DNA of 64,000 nucleotides. Origin: Polyangiaceae bacterium (GTDB taxonomy: Bacteria > Myxococcota_A > Polyangia > Polyangiales > Polyangiaceae). Shown piece by piece: positions 41,366 through 52,199 of this stretch. The stretch covers positions 608,001 through 672,000 of the forward strand of contig CBDCTZ010000014.1 of the NCBI GenBank assembly GCA_965222375.1. Reading direction: 5' to 3'. How positions within the stretch are numbered: the first letter of the stretch is position 1; each line of letters starts with the position of its first letter. Below the pieces are notes generated by a model that had not been told where the DNA came from, did no database searches, and saw only the letters and a program-made list of their open reading frames with translations. Position numbers and translations under genes: made by a program.

Positions 41366-41779
41366 ATGACAACCCTGGGTCGCGGATTGATCACGGCCTC
41401 GCGCTACTTTGACGGGGCCGACCCCGGTGCTGTGACGACCTCCGGCGGCGTCTTCGGGTGCTTTCGCTATGTGCCGTCGCGGAATGTATTTGCCCGAGCC
41501 AACGACGTCGATGAAAACGTGTTCGTGCTGCGCATGGCGGCGGGCACGGGAACGCTGTTGCCCACGCCACCGGACGGCAGTGTGAGCGGGTCGGGCGGTG
41601 CAGCGGGCAGCGGTGGCGGTTCCAGTGGCGGAGGAGGTGCGAGTTCGGGCGGCGCTGGCGCAGCAAACGATGACGACGGCGGGTGCGGCTGTAGCGCGCC
41701 AGCGCGAGCCCCCGGTGCGTGGCTACTGAGCCTTGCGGCACTCTCCGTCCTGTGGGCGTTTCGTCGCCGTTGGACGTGA
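41366..41779 (+). pseudogene. 3' fragment of MYXO-CTERM surface protein
   Basis: Gly-rich linker then DDGGCGCSAP...WLLSLAALSVLWAFRRR. No signal peptide; begins immediately after the repeat. Confidence 0.7.
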
Positions 41780-43194
41780 CGACGCTTCTTGCGCCTAGGG
41801 GCTTCGCCGCGATCCAAGGGGTTGTCCTGGCGCTGAGTTGCCCCCTGACTCGAGGCTATTGGACGGTGGGCGGCGGCGACGCTAGCTTGTCGCCGATGAC
41901 CCGGTGGCGTCGCAGCACGGATAGTGGAGTTCGGCAGCTGTCCTCTGGGTCGGCTGCGGCGCAGGCCCATGGGCCGCTCGTCTGTTGGGGCAGGCACTTC
42001 ATTCGGGTGGTGGCCTTGCTTTGCATGAGCGCTTGCTCGATTTCGCTTTCGCCCGATGAGCTGTCTGCGGGCAAGCCCGATGGAGGGAAGTGTCGCTTTA
42101 CCCTGGAGGCCCGACCCGCGCCGGTTACGGGTAGCGCCTACGACGTGGCGACTGCAGATCTGGATGGGGACGACCTGCTCGACCTGGTTTTCGCGGCGAA
42201 CGACAAGAATGCGTTGGGTGACCGGCTGACGGGCCCGAGCGTGTGGCTCGGCCTAGGCGACGGAACCTTCGAGTCCTGGTACTCGTCGTGGACCTTCCAG
42301 CATGTCTCCTTCGGCATTGCGGCGGCCACAGCTGCTGACGGGTCCGTGGTGGTGGCCAAAGGCATTGCCAGCCAGGACTCGTCGCTGACGGGTCTGGATT
42401 CTGGCCACGTGCGTACCTACGCGGCAACTAAAACAGGTACGCTGGATTGGAACGCCAACGAATCGACGCCGCGTCCACGTGACGTGGTGCTGGCGGATCT
42501 CGATGGCGATGGCTCCTTGGACCTGGCCGCGATTTCGTCGCCGATCTTGTCCGTGCACGATGACAAGGTCTACGTCTTCTTCGGCGAGAAGGATGGCCTG
42601 ACCTCGCCTCCAGTAGTCTTCGACAAGACATCGATTGGCAATGCACACTTTCGCTTGGCGACCGGCGACTTCAATCGTGACCAGTATGCGGACCTCGTCG
42701 TCAGTGGCCCCGGTGACGTGTCGGTGATCTTGGGCAGCCCAAGCCGGAAGCTGACCGCGATGGGACCGTTCTCGGCGGATGCCCCCGTCGTTGTTGGCGT
42801 CGCCGTCGGTGAGTTCAACGGGGACGGAAAGCAAGACGTTGTCGTGAGCAAACCGGGTGACAATGCATTTGCGGTTCTGCTCGGGGTCGGGGACGGGTCG
42901 TTCTTGCCTCATAAAGACCACGCTATGCTCAAAGGAGTGTCCGAGCTTGCCGTGGCGGACCTGGATCAGGACGGCCACGACGACGTGATAGGATTGGCCA
43001 AGGGACAGGTCGCCCTGCGCCGCGGCCTTGGCGACGGCACCTTCGAGCTGGCGCAGGACTATCCGTCCAACGGGACCCACGAGAGCGGGATCGCGACTGG
43101 CGACTTCGACCGCGACGGCCGGGTGGACGTCGTCATCGCCGGTTGGAGCAATGAGTCGCCGACGTTGTTGATGGGTGCCTGCGGCGCGGACTGA
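41719..43194 (+). CDS. FG-GAP/VCBS repeat protein (start uncertain, lipobox MSAC near 42030)
   Basis: Repeated ADLDGDG..DL and GDFN.DG..D motifs. Confidence 0.85.
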   Translation: MATEPCGTLRPVGVSSPLDVTTLLAPRGFAAIQGVVLALSCPLTRGYWTVGGGDASLSPMTRWRRSTDSGVRQLSSGSAAAQAHGPLVCWGRHFIRVVALLCMSACSISLSPDELSAGKPDGGKCRFTLEARPAPVTGSAYDVATADLDGDDLLDLVFAANDKNALGDRLTGPSVWLGLGDGTFESWYSSWTFQHVSFGIAAATAADGSVVVAKGIASQDSSLTGLDSGHVRTYAATKTGTLDWNANESTPRPRDVVLADLDGDGSLDLAAISSPILSVHDDKVYVFFGEKDGLTSPPVVFDKTSIGNAHFRLATGDFNRDQYADLVVSGPGDVSVILGSPSRKLTAMGPFSADAPVVVGVAVGEFNGDGKQDVVVSKPGDNAFAVLLGVGDGSFLPHKDHAMLKGVSELAVADLDQDGHDDVIGLAKGQVALRRGLGDGTFELAQDYPSNGTHESGIATGDFDRDGRVDVVIAGWSNESPTLLMGACGAD

Positions 43195-43297
43195 ACCTAG
43201 CTTCAAAGCAGGTTCTTCCGATCTTGCGAAAATCGTGGCAAGGAGCGGGCAATGGTCGCCCGGCGCGACGAATTGATTGGCTTCGGAGCTGCGTCTC

Positions 43298-45217
43298 ATG
43301 AGCGAAAAAACAGAGCAACACGAGTTTCAGGCGGAGGTTCAACAGTTGTTGGACTTGATGGTTCACTCTCTGTACTCGACCAAGGAAGTCTTTCTCCGCG
43401 AGTTGATCAGCAACGCCTCGGATGCCCTCGACAAGAAGCGCTTCGAGCAACTCACCAAGCCGGAGTTGGCGGGAGGCGATGAGCTGCACATTCGCCTCGA
43501 GCAAGATCCCGATAAGCGAACCCTATCGGTTGCCGACAATGGGATTGGGATGTCTCGAGAGGAAGTCATCAAGAACATCGGAACGATCGCCAAGTCGGGT
43601 ACCAAGGAATTCCTGGCGGCGCTGAAGAAGACCCAGCAGGGCAACCTTCCTCCGGATCTAATTGGACAGTTCGGGGTGGGGTTCTACTCCGCGTTCATGG
43701 TTGCGGATCAGGTCTCGGTGCTCACGCGGCGGATTGGTGAGGAAAGTGCGACGCTGTGGGAGTCCAAGGGCGACGGTACGTTTTCGATCAGCGACGCCGA
43801 GCGCGGCAGTGTGGGCACGACGGTCACGCTGCACCTGAAGGCTGCAAATCAAGAAGAAGGTCTGCAAGATCTCTGCAACGACATCGTCATCCGCTCGATC
43901 GTGAAACGCTATTCGGACTTCGTGGCTTACCCAATCCGTATGCAGACATGGAAGCAGGGCAAGGAAGGCGATGCGGACGCCAAAGTCCTGGAAGACGAAA
44001 CCCTCAACTCGATGAAGGCGATTTGGGACCTGCCAAAGAGTGAGGTTTCGGAAACCCAGTACAAGGAGTTCTACCACCACATCTCTCAGGACTGGACGGA
44101 CCCGCTGCGCACGCTCCCAATCCGGATTGAGGGCACCCTCGAGGCCTACGCCTTGCTCTACGTCCCGACCCAAGCGCCCTTCGATCTCTACAGCGCGGAA
44201 ATGAAACGCGGACTGCAGCTCTACGTGCAGCGCGTTTTCATCATGGATGAATGCAAAGAGCTCATGCCGCCGCACCTGCGCTTCATCAAGGGCGTGGTGG
44301 ACTCCCACGACCTGTCTCTGAACGTGTCCCGGGAAATGCTGCAGAAAGACCGGCGGATCCGGATCATCAGGAATCACCTCGTGAAGAAGGTCTACGCGGA
44401 CCTCGGTGAACTGAAGCAGGAGAGTCCGGAAGAGTACCAGAAGTTCTGGCTGCAATTCGGTGCGGCGTTGAAGGAAGGACTATTCGGGGAAGGGCAGGAC
44501 CGAGACACGCTGCTGGAATTGCTCGTGGCGTCGTCGACGGCGAAAGCCACGGAGCTGACGTCTTTGGAGGACTATTTCGGGCGCATGAAAGAAGGTCAGG
44601 ATGCGATCTACTTCCTGACCGGCGCGTCGAAGGAGGCCGTCGAGACGTCGCCGCTACTCGAAGCCTTCGTCGCCAAAGGCTACGAAGTACTCTTGTTCTC
44701 GGACCCCATCGACGAGCTATGGCTGGAGCATGCGCCGTCCTATAAGGACAAGCCCCTCAAGTCGATTGGCCGAGGGGACATCGAACTCGGCTCCGAAGAA
44801 GAGCGCAAGACAGCGAGCGCGGAGCTGGAGGAAAAGCAGAAGCAGTTGGGAGATCTGCTGGCGCAAATACGCGTCTCGCTCCAGGACGAGATCAAAGAAG
44901 TTCGCCTGTCGAATCGGCTGACGACGTCAGCGGCGTGCTTGGTCGCGGATGAAAACGATCTGAGTCCACGCCTGCAGAGAATGTTGGAGCAGATGGGGCA
45001 GAAACCGGAAAAGCCCAAGCGCATACTGGAGCTCAACCCTGGCCACGAGCTGGTGAAAAAGCTGAAGTCCATCGTCGAAGTTGACAAGAGTGACCCTCGC
45101 GTCAACCTCTACGCACGGCTCTTACTCGGTCAGGCGCACCTGGCCGAATCCGGTCAGGTGCCCGACCCGGCTGCCTTCAGCAAGGTACTCGGCGAACTCA
45201 TGGCGCGGGGGCTTTGA
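43298..45217 (+). CDS. htpG: Molecular chaperone HtpG (Hsp90)
   Basis: FQAEVQQLLDLMVHSLYS, RELISNASDA, IGQFGVGFYS, LNVSREMLQ and ILELNPGH. Confidence 0.97.
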   Translation: MSEKTEQHEFQAEVQQLLDLMVHSLYSTKEVFLRELISNASDALDKKRFEQLTKPELAGGDELHIRLEQDPDKRTLSVADNGIGMSREEVIKNIGTIAKSGTKEFLAALKKTQQGNLPPDLIGQFGVGFYSAFMVADQVSVLTRRIGEESATLWESKGDGTFSISDAERGSVGTTVTLHLKAANQEEGLQDLCNDIVIRSIVKRYSDFVAYPIRMQTWKQGKEGDADAKVLEDETLNSMKAIWDLPKSEVSETQYKEFYHHISQDWTDPLRTLPIRIEGTLEAYALLYVPTQAPFDLYSAEMKRGLQLYVQRVFIMDECKELMPPHLRFIKGVVDSHDLSLNVSREMLQKDRRIRIIRNHLVKKVYADLGELKQESPEEYQKFWLQFGAALKEGLFGEGQDRDTLLELLVASSTAKATELTSLEDYFGRMKEGQDAIYFLTGASKEAVETSPLLEAFVAKGYEVLLFSDPIDELWLEHAPSYKDKPLKSIGRGDIELGSEEERKTASAELEEKQKQLGDLLAQIRVSLQDEIKEVRLSNRLTTSAACLVADENDLSPRLQRMLEQMGQKPEKPKRILELNPGHELVKKLKSIVEVDKSDPRVNLYARLLLGQAHLAESGQVPDPAAFSKVLGELMARGL

Positions 45218-45298
45218 GCGATCCCGGGTCGGAGCACCCGAGTCGGTTGCGAGACCGACGCTGCAGGCCGCGGCGTCGCCATGCTTGCTCTTCCACGC

Positions 45299-45850
45299 CT
45301 ACGGGCAGACCGAGCTGCGGTTGACGACGACCGTCTGCATGACCTGGCGGAAGTGCTTCACACCATGCGGTTCAGTCGGGCAACCGGAACATGTGGGCAG
45401 CCAGGTGATCGACCCGGGGTAGCCAGGAGCAGTCAGCTTCGCTTTGACATGGTCGCCTTGGTACTCGTTCTTGTGCTGCATCGCGAATGAAACCTCCGAA
45501 TTTCGGAACGCGCTCTCGACGTCCGGCCCCGTCCACATGTTTCCGCCGCCGCGCAGCTGCGTCCGGCACGGCGGGGGACCATGCGTCGCGCGCCGAAAGA
45601 GAATTGTGGTGGGCGATACGAAACCAACGGCGTTGCCGCCTTGCATGTAGTCGAATAGCGGCGGCGTGTCGCCGGCCGCAGGAGCGGGCGGCTGATGCGG
45701 TGTGGGATCCGGCTGACTCTTGCTCGACGCCACTGGGGAGGTCATGTCCACGGCTGGCGGGGCCGCGAGCTGTGATGCTGGTGGATGAGGCGGCGCGCAA
45801 GCCACTGTCAAGCCAATGAGCACCTCGACTCGGCAATGCCCCATGACCAT
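45299..45850 (-). CDS. Hypothetical lipoprotein
   Basis: Lipobox TVAC, Pro-rich tether, and TAGCCT 7 bp upstream of the ATG. Confidence 0.6.
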   Translation of the reverse strand: MVMGHCRVEVLIGLTVACAPPHPPASQLAAPPAVDMTSPVASSKSQPDPTPHQPPAPAAGDTPPLFDYMQGGNAVGFVSPTTILFRRATHGPPPCRTQLRGGGNMWTGPDVESAFRNSEVSFAMQHKNEYQGDHVKAKLTAPGYPGSITWLPTCSGCPTEPHGVKHFRQVMQTVVVNRSSVCP

Positions 45851-46061
45851 GATGCGGAGGCTAGCATGGATCCCTCGTCAGCCCACGTCGGCCGGCGATG
45901 CGCATAGAGGGCTGCCGGCAAGTCCGCGCCGCGAGTTGACGGCGACTGCTATCGGGGTTTCACGGCGTCGTAGGCATCCTCGCCGTAGTCAGGGTCCCCC
46001 TTTTGGCGCGGGGTGGCCCATCCCCCCGACAAACGAATTGGGGTGATTCAGCCCGAATTTA

Positions 46062-46751
46062 TTGCGGCAGTTCTCGGAAAATGGTACCATGCGTTCAGCC
46101 GGCTCGGGTGCAACCGGTGGCTCGGGTGCAACCGGTGGCTCGGGTGCAACCGGTGGCTCGGGTAGCGGAGGCATTGGCAGCGGTGGCGTAGCGACGGGTG
46201 GCAGCGGTGGGGGCTGTAGCGGAACGAAGGGCACGTCGTTGAGCGGGTCCGCTGGCGGTCCTTTCACAACGCCGCGGACGTGGAACGTGACCAACTCAAG
46301 TGGTCACTTCAGCAAGGCCATCGTCAGCTTCAACTTCACGCTGGCCAAGTCACCTCCCAGCACGCTCAAGACGCTAATGACGCTCAAGGCCGGAAGCAAA
46401 GTGCAGTTTCGCGTTCAAGTGAAGCAAGGTTCGATTCGTTTCCAAGTGGGCAATGCCTGCTTGAACGACAAGAACGTGATTTGGAAAACCGCCACCAAGT
46501 ACACCGCCACTGTCACATACAAAGCAGGGAGCGACGGCTCGACGTTGGAGCTGAAGGAGGGCAGCAGCACGAAAACGACCGCCACCGTGACCGGTTTGAG
46601 CAACACCATCAGCAAGGGCACCGCGCTGAACCTGACGCTCTATGTCCCTCCTTCGATTTCCACCAACCCGTGGGCTGGGATGACGGTTGAGAATGTGAGC
46701 TGGGACCTGACCGGCGGGACGCCGGTATGCGGCAGCTCGTGCAGCAACTAG
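46062..46751 (+). pseudogene. 5'-truncated Gly-rich-linker secreted protein (beta-sandwich-like domain)
   Basis: GGSGAT repeats (18-bp unit x3.5 at 46101-46163) with no preceding signal peptide. Confidence 0.55.
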
Positions 46752-47065
46752 CTCGACCCGGCGTTCGGCGCTCGAGTGCGCCGCGACGCTGGGGTCGTCA
46801 GCCTTGGCCGTGGGATTGACCAACGTCAGCGTCCCCGTGATGTCCTTAAGCGCAGCTGTGGAGCCGCTGCCGGAGGCGCGTACCTGGAAAGGCGTTGCGT
46901 CACTATCGTACTTCAAGAAGACGTTCTCGAAATGGAAGCCTCCCAAGGCGCATTTGTCGGTGTACGAGGGGGTTTCGATGGCGATGACCTCGGACCATCC
47001 TTGCCCCAGTATGTTGGTCGCCGTTACGTCCCGCATTGTCAGCAAGTAGCCGTCGGCGCTTTTTC
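46750..47065 (-). pseudogene. 3' gene fragment cut by IS256
   Basis: Protein-like frame DGYLLTMRDVTATNILGQGW...TLTLVNP starts right at the IS left end. Confidence 0.45.
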
Positions 47066-48483
47066 GGGAATGTCCCGCCCGCTGTTGAGCTGAGGTGAAA
47101 AAGAAGTGGCGGTTCTTGTCGAACCCGAGACCATCTCGGGCAGCAAACCGACAGGAGACCGCCATGAAGAAGAATCGCAAGAACAGGAACGCTAGGAAAG
47201 AGGCAAGTGGAGGCGAGCAGCGAGTGCTGTGGCTCGCCTCGGTGATTCGCGACAACCTGCACACTTTCGTGATCCGTGAAGGCATGAAAGCGCTAGACGC
47301 GATGGTGGAGCAGGACCGGGAACGTCTGTGCGGCCCCGTCCACACCCGGGGTGGCCCAGAAGGTCCAGTTCGCTGGGGCATGACCGACGGCCGCCTGGTG
47401 ATGGGCGGACAGCGTGTGATCGTTCGCAGGCCCCGTGTTCGAAAAGCTGGCAAGGAGGTCGCTTTGCCCACCTGGGCGCAGTTCGCCGACGAAGACCCGC
47501 TCGACGCGCGCACGATGGAGCAGATGGTGGTGGGCGTCTCGACGCGGAACTACGAACGCTCGATCGAACCATTGCCAGACGAGCTCGGCTCTCACGGCGC
47601 AAGCAAGAGCGCAGCGAGTCGTCGTTTCGTGGAGCTCACCGGCGAAAAGCTTCAGGAGTGGCTCAGCCGGGACATCAGCGAACTGAAGCTGGTCGCCATC
47701 ATGGTCGACGGCATCGAGGTGAACGACGAAGTGATCGTCGTTGCGCTCGGGATCGACGAGGGTGGCGAGAAGCATGCCCTGGGGCTCTGGCACGGCGCCA
47801 CCGAGAATGCCGTGGTGTGCGAGAACCTCGTGAAAGATCTCATCGAGCGCGGGCTGGATGCCCAGCAGCCGTACCTATTCGTGATCGACGGCAGCAAGGC
47901 ACTGCGCAAGGCGATCCGCGACGTATTCGGAAAGCATGCGCTGGTGCAGCGTTGTCAGGAGCACAAGCGCCGTAACGTACTCGGGCACCTGCCGCAACGC
48001 CTGCACCCGAGCATCAGCAAGGCCATGCGCGATGCCTATCGGAGCTCGTCACGCGCGACGGCAAAGCGGCGTCTGCTCCAGCTCGTTTCGCGTCTTCAGG
48101 AAGACTACCCAGACGCGGCGTCCTCGTTGCGGGAAGGGCTTGAGGAAACAATCACGCTCAAGGACATGGGGCTTCCCAAGTGGCCGAGCGTACCCTCTCG
48201 ACGACGAACCCCATCGAGAACTTGAACGGGACGATTCGGCGAGTGACGCGCAACGTGAAGCGCTGGTGTGATGGCGCGATGATACGCCGCTGGGTAGCAA
48301 CCGCCATCCTCGAGGCTGCGCGAAACTTCAGGCGGCTGCGCGGATACAAGGGCATGCACTTGCTCGTTGTTGCCCTACGCGACCCTGAACAAACCACCCG
48401 CATTGACGAAAAGGAACACGCCGCCTGACCATTCTTCCGACAAGGCCGCCGCTTCGATGATCAACACGGAGCGGGACGTTCCC
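47066..48483 (+). mobile_element. IS256-family insertion sequence
   Basis: 25-bp imperfect terminal IRs: GGGAATGTCCCGCCCGCTGTTGAGC and reverse complement GGGAACGTCCCGCTCCGTGTTGATC (20/25 match). Confidence 0.9.
47164..48428 (+). CDS. IS256 (Mutator-like) DDE transposase, 1-bp frameshift near 48184
   Basis: GVSTRNY, IMVDGI, GATEN, VIDGSKAL, QRCQEHK and TTNPIENLN. Confidence 0.92.
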
Positions 48484-48886
48484 CCCGGCTTGACCAGCAG
48501 GGGTTAGATTGGTCCCGGGTTCCGAGGGCTATCGATTCCGCTACTGCACCGCGTCGTCGCGCGCCCCATCGAGCACCCACTGCTCGGTATTGGGTACGGA
48601 CTGATAGCGTGCTGCTTTCCCGCAGCCCCGGACCCCCAAAGTGCTCTCACGTCCGTTGGGATAGTGAGTCAACGCTTGAATCTTGAGTTTGGCGCGCGGA
48701 CAATGTTCGGAGAGCCGCGCGCCAGAAGGGAGGTGCCGTCATCGCAGCGCCCCTTGCTCGGTGCGTTCGTGTCCTGTGTTTGCACGTGTCACCACAACGC
48801 GCGTCCCTGCAGTGTTCAACGCGTGTCACGCGCGAGAGAAGGGCAAGGCCCAGCCGCTCCAGTGAGCTGGGCAGGTCGCGGGCGTT

Positions 48887-48952
48887 GGCCCCTTGCCGGC
48901 CCTCGAAGAAACGGTCGATGACGGACTCGGTGGCCCATCCCCCCAAAACCAA
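48887..48952 (+). repeat. Dispersed repeat family A, copy 4
   Basis: CCGGCCCTCGAAGAAACGGTCGATGACGGACTCGGTGGCCCATCCCCCCAAAACC. Confidence 0.88.
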
Positions 48953-48962
48953 ACGCCGACGA

Positions 48963-49154
48963 TCAGGTTAGGACTTGGTCGACGCGCGTGAAGGCTCGGC
49001 CGGAGGGGCCGAGCTTGGTGGAGATGCCGTGGGCTTCGACCCAGGTGTTGTAGAGGTCGAGGCCCTCGGAGCCGACGTCGACGATGCTGCCGGTCTTGAA
49101 ACGCCCGTTGGCGCCGCTGATGGCGTGGAACAGCTTGTCGCGCAGCTCGTGCAC
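48963..49154 (-). pseudogene. 3' fragment of DUF1552-like gene
   Basis: FHAISGANGRFKTGSIVDVGSEGLDLYNT...KLGPSGRAFTRVDQVLT* resembles DUF1552 C-termini. Confidence 0.6.
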
Positions 49155-49215
49155 AAGTCTCTAGAAGTTCCGGTTGTCCTTGACCTCGTCTATTCCTTGG
49201 TACATGACCAATGTC

Positions 49216-50229
49216 ATGTCTGGGAGAGCTTATCTCACCGCCTCCGCATCAATGCTCACGCTCATCACCGCGTGCGGTGGAGAAGAATTCTCCCAGGGCG
49301 GAGTGGGCGGCGCGGGTTCGGGTGCGATTTCCGGTTCCAGTGGGATGGGAAATGCCGCCGGGACCAGCGGCTCGGGTGCCACCTCAGGGGCTGCGGGGGC
49401 TGCCGCCGCGAGCGGCTCAGGTGGAGTTGGTGGCGTGAGTGGCGGTTCTGGGGGCGTAGGCGCGGCTGGTGGCGGTGGTTCTGCCGGCGTGGGAGCAACC
49501 GGTGGCAAGGGCGGATCCAGTGGGGTTGGCGCAGCTGGGGGTGCGGGTGGCAGCGGGGCGACCGGGGGCACCTGCGGCGTCAACCAGCCCGGCCTTCTGT
49601 TGCATAGCGAGTTGAACAATCTGTTCTCGATCGAGAACCCCGCCAAGAACAGCGGCAGTGGGGGTGGCACCGCCAAAGGAGTCACTTTCCACGCAGGCAA
49701 GTGTGAAAAGGCTGTCCGCATTGATGCAACGGGTGAACGCGTCGAGTTCCCGCAGCCCGGCAATCTCGATCTCAAAAAGGGTTCCGTGGATTTCTGGTAC
49801 CGGCCAGACACGGCTCACGACGATGGAGCGCCCAGGACATTCGTTATCACTGCGGGAGGTACGACTGCTAACAGCATGCAGATTCGCAAGGCTGGGGTCG
49901 CCTCCGGCAACAACTTCAATGTCGAGTTCCGTGATGGTGGCGACAAATATCACAAGACAAGCGTAGCACCGGACCAGTACACTTTCTTTGCCAAACAATG
50001 GATCCGAATCGTCGTGACTTGGGACCTGAGTGTGACTGAGCAGGTCGTGCATGTCTACTTCAACGGCAAGGAACCCAAGAACTACGCTGCCGTCGCGAAA
50101 GGGCCGCTGGTGATTTCGAACCCGAGTACGGGTGGCTTCATCGTTGGCACAACCATCATCAAGCAAGATCAGCCCATAGGTGGTCTGATCGATGAGTTCA
50201 AGGTCTACGAGACCGTCATCGCTCCCTGA
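49216..50229 (+). CDS. Lipoprotein with Gly-rich linker and LamG/concanavalin A-like domain
   Basis: Lipobox ITAC; KGSVDFWYRP, WIRIVVTWD...VYFNG and GLIDEFKVY. Confidence 0.85.
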   Translation: MSGRAYLTASASMLTLITACGGEEFSQGGVGGAGSGAISGSSGMGNAAGTSGSGATSGAAGAAAASGSGGVGGVSGGSGGVGAAGGGGSAGVGATGGKGGSSGVGAAGGAGGSGATGGTCGVNQPGLLLHSELNNLFSIENPAKNSGSGGGTAKGVTFHAGKCEKAVRIDATGERVEFPQPGNLDLKKGSVDFWYRPDTAHDDGAPRTFVITAGGTTANSMQIRKAGVASGNNFNVEFRDGGDKYHKTSVAPDQYTFFAKQWIRIVVTWDLSVTEQVVHVYFNGKEPKNYAAVAKGPLVISNPSTGGFIVGTTIIKQDQPIGGLIDEFKVYETVIAP

Positions 50230-50799
50230 TGCTCGTTTGGGAGCGTGATGAAGTCCCCGAACTCAGGACATGAGTTCGGCGTTCCGACGCAACCCAAGGC
50301 AGCTTGAGACTTGCATGCAGCGCCTTGCCGTCTCGTCCGGGCATCAGCAAGCCCCACGTCCGGCTCGATACCTTCCGCCGGTGGCGGGACTGGTGCGGCT
50401 TCGAGCGAGAGTGGAGCGTCGGTTTCGTAGAGCAGCCCGAGCTGATCGCCGGGGGAAGTAGCTTGTGTGCGTCGGCGTCGCCGGGTGGACTGGGTCCGAC
50501 ACGTGCTCGGTGCAACGAATAGCTCGAGAGCACGTCGAAGCAGCGGAGCATACGAATCCTGGGCCCCGGGATTGCGCGCATACGGGCTCCCTCGCGGTTG
50601 GAGAGGTGCCCACCCCGTCAACCGGCGAGGGGCCAGTGGAGGGCAGCAGCAGAACTCGGGCTCACGGGCAGCGCGCTTGGGCAAATGGTGCTGCGCATGC
50701 ACGCGAGCCGTGCGCCAAAAGGGCGGCCCTTTCGCCGCAGTGCCTGCTTGCGCGGCGTGCTTGCGGTCTCGGCCGTGGAGCACCCATCCAGGGCGCCTC

Positions 50800-50853
50800 G
50801 GCCCCACGCCGGACCTCGAAGAAACGGCCGATGACGGGCTCGGTGGCCCATCC
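50800..50853 (+). repeat. Dispersed repeat family A, copy 5 (3'-truncated)
   Basis: GCCCCACGCCGGACCTCGAAGAAACGGCCGATGACGGGCTCGGTGGCCCATCC. Confidence 0.85.
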
Positions 50854-51130
50854 GCACGTCCACGTTCATCTGGGTGGCAAAGTGCACTTCCTTGGGCAGA
50901 TCGAAGTCGAATACCGTGAGCTTCACCGGCACGCTGACGGCCGAGCCGCCCGCCGGAGTCACGGTCAGCGTGGTTTCGTGAGCGCTTGCAGGAGCGCCTC
51001 GGGCACGTACACCGTCAGCCACACCGCCTCAGGTTGATTGGCGTTGAGAGTGATGGATGCTCCTCCAGAAATGGGACTGAGGCCACCAGCGGTGCCGCTG
51101 ACGTAGCCGACCTTCGCCAGGGAAACCCGT
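50854..51130 (-). pseudogene. Internal fragment of GH123/DUF4091-like protein
   Basis: VWLTVYVP.../TLTVTPAGG...VPVKLTVFDFDLP is frameshifted and ends exactly at repeat copy 5. Confidence 0.55.
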
Positions 51131-51212
51131 TGACCGGCTGCCCGCCGCGAATTCGCTACAAAAGTGAAGGGTCGAGCGCTCGCCCGACCCTCCAGCGGTT
51201 TGGGGCGCATTG

Positions 51213-52127
51213 CTAGAGAAAACGGTGAACGATGGGACAGTTGACGATAATCCCGTTTGATCCGTAGTCCGAGCCACCAGGCCCGGTCATGAACCCGCGC
51301 TGCACTAGCCCGAGGATCTGAAACTCCTCAGTCACCCGCGAGCGATAGCCGCGATCGATGGCTTCTTGAGTCCACTCACCGAAGTTGACGTCCCACAGCG
51401 GGCTGTAGTCAGTCGCAACCGTGGGAATTCCACCTAGCACATTGAGCGGACCGCCTTGTCCGGCCAGCGCGCTGCTTAGACCCTGGCGCTGCGGATTGAC
51501 GGTGCCATCGGCGAGGTTCATGGCCCCGTTTGTTGTCACAAAGATGCGCTCGATGGCGCTGAACGCGGTGTCGTCATTGCCGACGTCCACGTCGAGCAGG
51601 CCCGGTGCGAGAGTTGAACGTTCGAGAGCGGCAGCATCACCTACGCTCGCGTCAAGGCTCAAGTAGAGCACCGGTCGTCCAAAGCTAAATCCGCCGGTGA
51701 GCTCCAGCGTGACCGTGCCCACGCCACCGTCGTCCGGGCCGGGTGGGCAGATGTGAACGACCTTGTCGTGAAAGAGCGCTCTTCCCGATGCGTCAATCGG
51801 GTTGGCGCAGTAGCTGGCGAAGGCCGCGGGGTCGCCGGCCGCAACAACCGGCGCGTTGTATACATGATCGCCCGCATTCTCGATTTTCACAAGAGGCGAG
51901 TAGCCTGCGTCGCCGACCGAGCCAGCCTGCGCAGCCGCTGGCGGGAATAGATTTGGCGCTGCGCCGGGCGTGACCGAGTGCAACGGAGAAAAGTCCACGC
52001 TGCCTTGGTTGACGATCAGCAGGGTACCAGTGCCCAATGGATCGTTGATGTAGTTGCCACGGCGGACTCCAAGACCACCCAGGCCATCTACCGGAAGGAT
52101 CACTTGCCCCAGCGCGACCAGCACCAA
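51213..52127 (-). CDS. Hypothetical protein (YSPLV/YSPLWD repeat family), probably 5'-truncated
   Basis: VDFSP...FPP...GDAGYSPLV and DYSPLWDVN...VNCPIV; abuts the transposase remnant. Confidence 0.65.
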   Translation of the reverse strand: MVLVALGQVILPVDGLGGLGVRRGNYINDPLGTGTLLIVNQGSVDFSPLHSVTPGAAPNLFPPAAAQAGSVGDAGYSPLVKIENAGDHVYNAPVVAAGDPAAFASYCANPIDASGRALFHDKVVHICPPGPDDGGVGTVTLELTGGFSFGRPVLYLSLDASVGDAAALERSTLAPGLLDVDVGNDDTAFSAIERIFVTTNGAMNLADGTVNPQRQGLSSALAGQGGPLNVLGGIPTVATDYSPLWDVNFGEWTQEAIDRGYRSRVTEEFQILGLVQRGFMTGPGGSDYGSNGIIVNCPIVHRFL

Positions 52128-52199
52128 GCTGGGCTACGCCGCGAAACCGACGTCCTTCACAGCCCACGTCGACCAGGGTGACGGAAAGACGGCCGAGTT

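Noticed and set aside
48175..48195. Programmed frameshift in the IS256 transposase
   Set aside because: There is no slippery sequence. The second copy reads through in frame (WLERTLS), so this is a 1-bp deletion or an error.
48484..48545. Possible IS91 oriIS-like end (GGGCTATCGATTCCGCTAC)
   Set aside because: Only a loose resemblance, with a single copy and no adjacent transposase sequence.
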